Source: Bigelowiella natans CCMP2755 (taxonomy: Eukaryota; Protista; Cercozoa). Taken from it: a stretch of DNA of 55,775 nt. The DNA is taken from contig ADNK01001167.1 of NCBI GenBank assembly GCA_000320545.1, positions 1 to 55,775 on the forward strand. Reading direction: 5' to 3'. A program made the translations under genes and the position numbers. The notes under the pieces are model-generated. The model was not told where the DNA came from, ran no database searches, and saw only the letters and a program-made list of their open reading frames with translations. This document shows positions 14,183 through 22,382 of this stretch, piece by piece; the first letter of the stretch is position 1, and each line of letters opens with the position of its first letter.

Positions 14183-14664
14183 CTGTGTGTGTGTGTGTGC
14201 GCCCGCGCGCGCGCAAATTGATGAACTTGGACGCTCGCACTCGTCGTCAACCACAGCACAGTCATCGAAGCAGCAGCACCTTAATATTTTTGGAAGAGTC
14301 TTTGGAATCTTTGACGAGCGTGGCCACACGCACCTTCCCTCCGGACCCCTCTCCTAGATCCTCGCCAAAGTTAAGCTGGCGGAACGTGGCCGGGGAAGGG
14401 AGGGGGTGGGGGGGCATTATCGAACGTTGATAGCGAAATCGGTCGTGTTTAGACAGGAATCAACAAGACGATAGGTGAAAGGATAGCGCTGATATAACGG
14501 GGTGTTCGCAGCGAATATATGACACAGAATCTTGTACCGATTTGTAGTCTATTTCTTCCTTCTCTGCCGTGCCGTCGGTTATCATCTTCTCTACGGCCTG
14601 TTTATTTGCGGTTGTTTTCATGTAAAGTACCACGCAGACACCACCATGAGCAAGGCGGAGGGGG

Positions 14665-14710
<46 letters not shown>

Positions 14711-16289
14711 TATGTGTGTGTGTGTGTGTGTGTGAATGGCAGTGTGACAGAAACTCGGGTTTATGAACAAATAATGGCGCCCTACCTTCTTCGTGCATCC
14801 GTTGCCGCTGAGAGCTATCCAGGAGATGTGCGGGGCATTGAACAATGCTTTTGGAAATACGTCGAGCTGCCATAGAGCAAAGACGGACGTGGGAAAGGCA
14901 ATCACGATAATACTAACATCAGGTAGCTAGCCGGGGATGATCATTTGAGAAGCAAAATCACACGTGGTGGAGGCCCCCCCCCCCCCCCCATCACCCCGTT
15001 TTCCTCGGAACGAACTGAGGAAGCTACCAAATGGCGAGAATAAAAAAGCGATTTGTGGAATGGCATGGATGTAATAGCGATTTGTGACAATTATCCCTGG
15101 GGGGGGGGGGGGGGGTAGCGGCAACCTTGTTATTGGCCAGCCGCAACATTTGAAGAGATTCGCATTCCTGATGTTATGTCACATTTGTGCCGTGTGAGTC
15201 TGCACAGGTGGCTTCGTGCGTGCGTGTATGAGAGTGTGAGAGTGTGTGCAGCAGCTGCCTTGATGTCGGGTGGGAGGTCGGTGAGGCAGTTGTGCGAGAA
15301 CATGCACTTCTGCAGCTTCTTCAGGAGCCCGATATTCTTGATCTCCGTTATCTATCCAGAGCATACAACAAAGAAGAAGGAAAAGACGAAGAACAAGAAC
15401 AAACAGCCGCGATGGCGTCTCAACGCAAGCTCCCCGTAAGAGTAGTGCTATCTTCCTTCTCAGACCTTATTGTCTGTCATAATGAGCCATTGTGTCATCG
15501 CTGGGAAACCGGCACAGTCCACCACGCCTTTGATGCGGTTTCGCATTAGCGACAGCATCGTCAGGCCCTAAAAGCGACCAAAAACAAGAACCCGGGAAGG
15601 CGTGAATTGCTAGTTGAATACATGCTGTACGAAAACGGGCAATGCCGCCACCCGACTCGCATATATATATATATATTACCTTCATGTCCTTGAGAACTGC
15701 CGGAATTTCCTCCATTTCATTGCCGGTTGCGAAGAGAATCTTTAGCTTTTCGAGATGGGCGAGGGTCTACAATGTTGGTAGCAGGAGTAATGCAGATGTA
15801 GGAGCAGTTACAAAGCTCAGAGTTGCGTTTGAGATTGGAAACCGCACACTCCTGTCCGACGAAATGATACGATAGAAACACTATTTGAAAAGTAATACGG
15901 TGGACGGATTGGCATTGATCAGCGAGGGCAACCTTCGGTAATGTCTTGAGCTTGTTCGAGCCTACATCCAGCTTCCACAAATTGACGCATTTGGAGATAG
16001 ATTCGGGCAGCTAAATAAGGACCATAATTGTTTAACATGAGAAAAATACCAATACGTATGCAAACTATTCACCTCTGCCAGTTCTTGGAACCGCAGATCC
16101 AGCGATTTTAAGGATGTGAGATCTGCCCCATTCTCGGGGTATTTGGTTAAGAGCTCGAGCTGGCGCCTATTGAGAACCAGAAAGTAATGGCGTGGTGAGC
16201 GGCAAAAGGAGACAAAGAGCCGCAATGTAAGCGTGCGTAGCATACCGTTGCTCCGCGTGCTCCTCTTTCTTGTCATCTACTTTCGACAT
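12549..16289 (-). CDS. LRR-repeat + Ser/Thr protein kinase (bacterial-type LRR-kinase family), many exons
   Basis: ATG 16289 (MSKVDDKKEEHAEQR). LRR exons LTSLKSLDLRFQEL, LWKLDVG, LKILFATGNEMEEIP, LQMLRLANN, ISWIALSGN. Kinase exons LGEGSGGKV, VAVKEY, GGPPSLDSCTRD, HG|DIYLHN, LSDFGAA, VRSFGWLLDDL, DPAVLPTFDDL...RAE-TGA at 12549. Confidence 0.88.
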
Positions 16290-16666
16290 GCTGTGCTGTG
16301 GCGTGGCGGAGAGTGGGGGGGGGAAGACCAAGGCCACTCAGAGACGCGATTCCCCTTTGTCGTCTGTCCGCTTTGGATGCGAATTCCAGGTGAAAATCCG
16401 CATTCTTGCTTGTCGCAGAATAAAATCGCCCAGGGCTGAGAGCAGCTCAACCTTTTCTCCTGTTTGATTTTGTTGGCATGTGTGTGCTGGTTTTCACCAG
16501 TTAGTCCTCACTGGAGCTAGTTTGAGGCACTGCGTTTCGTGCATTGCAAGTGCCCTGCCACACTTTAGAATTGTTGTTTTTCATCATTGTCTTGTCTTGT
16601 CTTGTGTCGGATGAGTTTGCACGACACGGTGATCCTTTCAAATCAAGCATTGAAATTGGTGCACTC

Positions 16667-16992
16667 TGTTGCGCGTAAGGTGTTCACAGGCCGAGGCGCT
16701 ACGTGCACAAGTAGGCAGGGGGGGGGAAAGGCACGTTTGCTTCCTTTTGAAGAGTTGTGTTTATTTTTATTAAAGATTATATTTTTATTAAATCGTGCAC
16801 TGCGTAATCATTCGCGAAGCTTTCGCGAATGCCGCCGCACGTGGGGCAGCACACTTCCGGTGTGCTGCCATGAGTCCCGCCGGAACCCACGTGCCTATGC
16901 TGTATTAATATCTACGTTATCTATATTCTATATCCGCGACAACCCCTTTGTTGTCGCACGTGACTTGTGCCCGCGTAGTGGTACGCGCTACA
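16667..16992 (-). repeat. 3' LTR (326 bp)
   Basis: TGTTGCGCGTA...TACGCGCTACA (10/11 inverted termini); identical to 22057-22382. Two AATAAA signals on the minus strand near 16765-16790. Confidence 0.97.
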
Positions 16993-17000
16993 CCTCCCCC
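16993..17000 (-). promoter_or_regulatory. Polypurine tract (GGGGGAGG) abutting the 3' LTR
   Basis: Minus strand ...CTTGGGGGAGG|TGTAGCGCG; further purine-rich sequence (AAGGAAGGAAGGAG) lies just upstream. Confidence 0.85.
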
Positions 17001-17043
17001 AAGTCACGTTGCTCCTTCCTTCCTTCCTTATTCCCTTAGACCT

Positions 17044-20000
17044 TCATCGCTTTCGGAACTTCACCAACCACCAGGTAATAGATTCCTCTCTAACCTTATC
17101 TCCTTTGTCGCTTACCCAGAACTCACCTTCGTCCTTAGGTTCGTGTCCATACCAGCCCTCTGCATCAAGGTCCCCCAGGACCTTATACCAGTGCTCAAAG
17201 GGTAAGTCGGGAACAGCTAGGTAGAGTAGCTGATATTTTCCGTCCTTTATTTTCATAGCTACCCTCTCCATATTTCGTAATCCAGGGTAGCCTAGATAGA
17301 CAATCTTCATGCGCCAATCGTCGTTCACCCTGACCTTATTGTTTCCATATTCCACATCGAACTTAGGTCGGGGTCCTAAACAAGGCATTGCTCGCTCCCA
17401 CACAGTAGGGTTTACTTTAACATCCTCTAGGAGCTTCTCACCGATATCATAATTCTTTAGGTGACTGATGTGGCGCAAGGTGACCCTGTTCCCATCATAG
17501 ATGTAGTACTGCTTCCTCCCCTTCCTCTCGGTAACCTTTGCAACGCCACCCCAGAAGGGGTCTTGTTTATTTCTCGATCTCAGATTTACCTTGGCCCTAA
17601 CATACTGTCCTTCCTTTAGAACTCGGCCATCGTACGGGACCTTCTCGTCTTCGCTCTCGGTATCGTCGTCGTTGTCGTCGCCTTCTTCCCTCTCCTTATC
17701 CTTGATACCTCCCCCAGACGTGAAGGTGTCGTTTACTAACCCTTGTATCTTGTCTGGTGTGGTGCTATTTATCCTGCTTAGGTTGGCCAAGGTGCGGTGG
17801 AGTCGCTCTACCTTGGAGTTGGACTGGGCATAGTATACAGGTGAGGCATCAATATTAGGGTGTGGTAGCTGTAGAAGAGAGGTCTCATTATCCACATGTA
17901 ACTTCTTTGGTATCTTGTTTATGCTAACTTCATCAGGGATAGCCTGGAGCTCAGACTCCCAGGTACGGTAGCAGTTAGTAAGCCTCTGCTTATATAAGCC
18001 ATTGTTCTTCTTAGCAACGTTGACCTTGATAATCTTTTTAACCCAGCACTTTCCAGTGGCCACATCAACGAAGGTAAGGTAGTGATAGCCATCGTACTTA
18101 TAAACATCAATTTGCACGATATCTAAGAAGTTCCTTGCTTTGATTTTCTTAGATGCACGGCTCTTGCTGGACTCCTTGGTGGCGACGCCTGCCGCCTTCA
18201 AGCTGGAGCACCTGCAGCCACGCAGGTATGTCCTTATCTCTTTTAGCTTGTAGGGCCAGTAGTAATGGTAGAGTAGAGCAGTGATATGGTTTTCTCCTAC
18301 GTGTGCAGGTCCATGGGCGGTAAAGAGAAGGGCTCCCCTGGTCCGCCGTGGCACGTAGGTACGCCTAACATTATTAGTGTATACATATATCCTATCACTA
18401 AGTACCTCATGCTTGTGTTTGTATTTATCCAGGTGTTCTTGAAGGTGCTGGAGCTCCTCTGGCTCAGGCAGGAAGTCGCCGTCCTCGAAGGTAATCGCGT
18501 TAACCATAGGGGTGACCTGGGTAGGGACTTTCTTTTCGAACAGCCTGCTGAAATAGTCAGCAAGCTGCTTGTCTCCTGGTGCGTAGACCACTGTCCTCTT
18601 GTCCCTAAACTCTTCCGTGTCCGCCCTCATAGCTGCATACTCATCGTTAGGCGCTTCGAGCTTGCGGTCGATGCCTAGGAGGGGCTTGTGGTCAGTCATT
18701 AAGGTGAAGCTGGGCACCGACAGCAGGTAGTATCTTAGTTTCCTCTGCGCCTCAGTCATGGCTTTATACTCTCCTTTTGTAGGGCTGTACTTGGCCTCAG
18801 CTGCTGTGCAGGCCCTGCCCCACACCCGTATGATCTGCTGGTCTTGGGTAAGTACAGCAGCCATACCTAGCTTAGACCAGTCTGTCCATAGGGTAGCTGG
18901 TCTAGTAGTGTCTAGCTTAGCATTCAATAGGGTGTTGCTGCATAACTTTATTAGGTTATCGAAGTGGGCATCAAGGCCAGCCTTGGCCCACACCTTAGCG
19001 AAGCTGAGGCCTACAGAGTTCTCCTTCCGGTAAGCAGTAGTAAAAGCAGCTGCAGTCCTAGCGTAGGTAGGGGAGAACCTACGTAGTATCCAAGCTGCAG
19101 TCTGCAAGAATGACTTTAACTCCTTTGCATTCTTAGGTTTAGGGGCTTGCTGTAGTGCTGCTACTTTCTCGGGGTTTGGGGTGATGCGGCCTTGCTCCAG
19201 GTAATATCCACACCACTTGATTCTTGTAGCTAGGAATGTACACTTCTGCAGTCTAATAGTAAAACCGAAGTGTGCAAACCTAATAAATATATTTTCCAGG
19301 AGGAAGATCTGAGCGACGACTGTGTTGGTACATATTATGTCATCATCCACATACACAAACACAAACACCCACAACACAGACGCCATCCCATCATGTGTGT
19401 ATGCCCTGTAGTTCTGACTACTGAACGCATCCCCTGATATGCTTAGGCCGTAAGGGAATACGACGAAGTGCCACTTCCTGTGCCTGCTGGAGAACGCGGT
19501 AATGGGGCGGGAGGTTTTGTGGATGGGTGTCTGCATGTATGATTCATTTTTATCTAGGGAAGAGTAGTATTTGTATCCTATGACGTGTTCAATAACGTCA
19601 TCTATCCTTGGTGTAGGTGTCTGGATCCTCTTTATTACTCGGTTGTGGCGGATGAAGTTGTGCGCCAGGCGGAAGAAAGGGTAAGTAGGTTTCTTAGCTA
19701 GCACATGTCTCACGTTCCATGGTGAGTTGCTTGGCTCTATCTTCCCTTCCTTTGCCCATTCATTGATCTGCCACTCTATCTTTTCCCAGTCCGCTTCCGG
19801 TCGCCTATGTTCTGGGTCATTGATGATGCACTCTTCGTATCCCTTCTTTAGCTCGATCTTTACTGGGGTAAGCTTGCTGGAGGGCTTCGTCGTCGGCTTG
19901 GTGATGTCAGAGTACTTCTCGTTTAATATTTTATTAATGTACTTTTTGCCTTTGTCGATATCCCAATCATCAGCTGGGGGGGTCTTGTCCAGTAGCTCCG

Positions 20001-22017
20001 TTATCTGTCGGATGGTCTTGCCGGGGTTCTTCTTCCGTAGCTCGGTAGGTGTAGGTAGCTTGTTGTCCGCTAGGTCCATAAACTCTAACGCATTAACGCT
20101 TGACTCAGAGGTCCACTCGTCAAGCCGTATCATGTTCTGGCTGATGGTCCTGCCTGACTTCTTTGGCAACTTAGCAAAGTATATCTTGTGATTGTAGAAT
20201 GATATGATCCCCCCTAATTTTTCTAGGGCATCCTGTCCGAGGAGTAGTTCCATGGATAAAGTCATGGCTACTCGGGTCTTGATTTGGGTCTCCGCGTCGC
20301 TGCCAGGTATCTGTAGCTTTAGCATTAGCTCACCGACGGTCTTCATGGAAGAGCTTCCGTCTGCTTGAGCATATTTACGTTCTTTCTTAGTCACTTGATC
20401 CAATAGTCCTAACCTTCTTACTGTGCTTAGGCTTATGAAGGACTTCGGCATGCTGCCACTATCCCAAAGGGCAGGTAGTTTCTTGTAGTCTCCGTAGCTG
20501 TCTTTAACTTTAACCTTGGTCATAGCAACTTTGATAGTCCTGTTAGCGTCTTCGTCATTAATGTTGCATACTCCTAAGTTCTTTATGTCGTCTAGGGTCA
20601 TGGGCTTGTCTTGGTCCTGCGTTGCTGGTACTGCTGTCTTCGTCGGCGCCTGCTTAAGGTGATCTAATATTCCGTTTATCTGCTGCTGTATAGCATTGAT
20701 ACTGTTCTGCTTTTTGTTCTTATATTTATTGTTCTTCCCGTTGTTGCTGCCTTGCCATTTGCTGTTGTTATATCCTTGTCCTCTGCCTTTCTTTCTCTTT
20801 AACTTCTCGTAGTGTTCGTTGAGCTGCCTGATCGTCATCCTGGGTCGTCCTTCTTTCCTGTCTCTGCAGTCTTTAGCGGTGTGTTTCCCTTTACGTGAGC
20901 AGTATCCGCAACGTCGGTTACCTTCCCTGTCCTTGTACCAGTCTCGCTGCGGCTTAATAGCGTTAATGTTTCCTATGCCAGGTACCTTAGGGCTGGTAAA
21001 CTTGCGGTCCTGCTCCTGCTCGCGTAGGGATATAGCCTGCACTGCTGCCTCCATCGTGGTGTAGCCTTTCTCCGTAACGTAAGTGGATTCCTTTATCTTT
21101 AACTTGAACTCTTCAAACCTTGCCTGATCATCACCTGTGTTGTAATTAAAATCATGTAGTTCGTCGATCATATCCTGGAAGCGCGTGGCAAAGTCTCTAA
21201 CAGGTTCTCTCTCATGCTGCATCATTGCTCTGTATTTTCTAATAGCCTGGGGTAGGGAGTTAGCATCCTGTTCATTTACAAAAGCCTTCATTATCGCCTC
21301 AACGTCTCGTAGCCCACTAACTGTAGTGTGTATTTTCTCTAGCTGCCTGATCCGGGTCCTGCCTGTCTCGTAAAGGTCCATGGCTTGCTTTATTATAGCT
21401 AGCCATTTGAGCTTGTCGTTTTCGGTGGGGTTAGGGGTAAAGTCGCAGAGTATACTCCTAGCGTTCTTCCACCACCTCCTTGCCTCACCTCTTTTCCCGT
21501 TGTATTTCGTTATCATAACCGGTGCTGTTTTAACAGACATGAACTGGGTGTTCCGCTGTACCGGCTGCTGCTGCTTGACGGTGCTCTGGGTCGTCCCCCG
21601 CGAGGCGCCCAGACCCCCGTCGTTCCTAAACAAAGCTGCCCACTCTGGAGGTAAGTCTGCTTCGTAATCCATGATGTCCTGCATGATAGCTGCCCAAACA
21701 TCATGTGTCTGATACTTGTATTCTATCGATACTTTCAGTTTGGCGTAGTTGCTCGCCCTGGGTCGCAAGGCTCGTAATGCCATTACGACCTTCTTGCTTT
21801 CGGCGGCCACGTCCTCGTCGTCCGCCTCGTAGAAGTTCTCCAGTGCCTCTGCTGCTGCATCTGCTTTCTTAATCCCGGGTGCTGGTCCCGGCGGTGCCTG
21901 TGGAGGTGTTCCTCCTCCTTCCTTAGCGTCCGTATCGCCCTTCCTTTCCTGTTTCTGCTCGTGCCCTTGCACGGCCTGCGAGCCAAAGTCCTGCTGTTCT
22001 TCTAGCTGCTGTGACAT
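17044..22017 (-). CDS. gag-pol: Gag-Pol polyprotein (Gag with CCHC knuckle, aspartic protease, RT, RNase H, integrase, C-terminal Dam-like domain)
   Basis: CGYCSRKGKHTAKDC knuckle; ALWDSGS protease; FPYGL...YVDD RT; TDWS...YSPTKGE...TDHKPL...ADYFSR RNase H; H-x3-H...CRC zinc motif; QIDVY / HVDNE / KVERLH integrase; DPFWGG GPY/F-like region. Confidence 0.97.
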   Translation of the reverse strand: MSQQLEEQQDFGSQAVQGHEQKQERKGDTDAKEGGGTPPQAPPGPAPGIKKADAAAEALENFYEADDEDVAAESKKVVMALRALRPRASNYAKLKVSIEYKYQTHDVWAAIMQDIMDYEADLPPEWAALFRNDGGLGASRGTTQSTVKQQQPVQRNTQFMSVKTAPVMITKYNGKRGEARRWWKNARSILCDFTPNPTENDKLKWLAIIKQAMDLYETGRTRIRQLEKIHTTVSGLRDVEAIMKAFVNEQDANSLPQAIRKYRAMMQHEREPVRDFATRFQDMIDELHDFNYNTGDDQARFEEFKLKIKESTYVTEKGYTTMEAAVQAISLREQEQDRKFTSPKVPGIGNINAIKPQRDWYKDREGNRRCGYCSRKGKHTAKDCRDRKEGRPRMTIRQLNEHYEKLKRKKGRGQGYNNSKWQGSNNGKNNKYKNKKQNSINAIQQQINGILDHLKQAPTKTAVPATQDQDKPMTLDDIKNLGVCNINDEDANRTIKVAMTKVKVKDSYGDYKKLPALWDSGSMPKSFISLSTVRRLGLLDQVTKKERKYAQADGSSSMKTVGELMLKLQIPGSDAETQIKTRVAMTLSMELLLGQDALEKLGGIISFYNHKIYFAKLPKKSGRTISQNMIRLDEWTSESSVNALEFMDLADNKLPTPTELRKKNPGKTIRQITELLDKTPPADDWDIDKGKKYINKILNEKYSDITKPTTKPSSKLTPVKIELKKGYEECIINDPEHRRPEADWEKIEWQINEWAKEGKIEPSNSPWNVRHVLAKKPTYPFFRLAHNFIRHNRVIKRIQTPTPRIDDVIEHVIGYKYYSSLDKNESYMQTPIHKTSRPITAFSSRHRKWHFVVFPYGLSISGDAFSSQNYRAYTHDGMASVLWVFVFVYVDDDIICTNTVVAQIFLLENIFIRFAHFGFTIRLQKCTFLATRIKWCGYYLEQGRITPNPEKVAALQQAPKPKNAKELKSFLQTAAWILRRFSPTYARTAAAFTTAYRKENSVGLSFAKVWAKAGLDAHFDNLIKLCSNTLLNAKLDTTRPATLWTDWSKLGMAAVLTQDQQIIRVWGRACTAAEAKYSPTKGEYKAMTEAQRKLRYYLLSVPSFTLMTDHKPLLGIDRKLEAPNDEYAAMRADTEEFRDKRTVVYAPGDKQLADYFSRLFEKKVPTQVTPMVNAITFEDGDFLPEPEELQHLQEHLDKYKHKHEVLSDRIYVYTNNVRRTYVPRRTRGALLFTAHGPAHVGENHITALLYHYYWPYKLKEIRTYLRGCRCSSLKAAGVATKESSKSRASKKIKARNFLDIVQIDVYKYDGYHYLTFVDVATGKCWVKKIIKVNVAKKNNGLYKQRLTNCYRTWESELQAIPDEVSINKIPKKLHVDNETSLLQLPHPNIDASPVYYAQSNSKVERLHRTLANLSRINSTTPDKIQGLVNDTFTSGGGIKDKEREEGDDNDDDTESEDEKVPYDGRVLKEGQYVRAKVNLRSRNKQDPFWGGVAKVTERKGRKQYYIYDGNRVTLRHISHLKNYDIGEKLLEDVKVNPTVWERAMPCLGPRPKFDVEYGNNKVRVNDDWRMKIVYLGYPGLRNMERVAMKIKDGKYQLLYLAVPDLPFEHWYKVLGDLDAEGWYGHEPKDEGEFWVSDKGDKVREESITWWLVKFRKR

Positions 22018-22033
22018 TGTTAGTCAAATCGTT

Positions 22034-22051
22034 TCCCGTGTGTGGAAGCCA
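22034..22051 (-). promoter_or_regulatory. Primer-binding site (TGGCTTCCACACACGGGA)
   Basis: Begins with TGG 5 nt downstream of the 5' LTR. The plus strand reads like a tRNA 3' end (TCCCGTG TGTGGAA G CCA). The tRNA identity was not determined. Confidence 0.75.
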
Positions 22052-22056
22052 AAGGT

Positions 22057-22382
22057 TGTTGCGCGTAAGGTGTTCACAGGCCGAGGCGCTACGTGCACAA
22101 GTAGGCAGGGGGGGGGAAAGGCACGTTTGCTTCCTTTTGAAGAGTTGTGTTTATTTTTATTAAAGATTATATTTTTATTAAATCGTGCACTGCGTAATCA
22201 TTCGCGAAGCTTTCGCGAATGCCGCCGCACGTGGGGCAGCACACTTCCGGTGTGCTGCCATGAGTCCCGCCGGAACCCACGTGCCTATGCTGTATTAATA
22301 TCTACGTTATCTATATTCTATATCCGCGACAACCCCTTTGTTGTCGCACGTGACTTGTGCCCGCGTAGTGGTACGCGCTACA
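22057..22382 (-). repeat. 5' LTR (326 bp)
   Basis: Direct repeat of 16667-16992, followed on the minus strand by the PBS and the ORF start at 22017. Confidence 0.97.

Larger units (their letters stand above)
16667..22382 (-). mobile_element. Full-length Ty3/Gypsy LTR retrotransposon, recent insertion
   Basis: Two 326-bp LTRs identical by eye, with TG...CA ends. 4-bp TSD ACTC at 16663-16666 and 22383-22386. PBS and PPT present. One uninterrupted ORF in the order gag-PR-RT-RH-IN. Confidence 0.98.

Noticed and set aside
16587-17039. Duplicated + strand ORFs (150 aa here, 122 aa at 22040-22408)
   Set aside because: Incidental antisense reading frames through the identical LTRs; no protein-like features.
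17415-17620. Chromodomain at the integrase C-terminus
   Set aside because: This segment fits the GPY/F-SH3-like integrase tail; no Y.VKW.G....TWEP chromodomain pattern is present.
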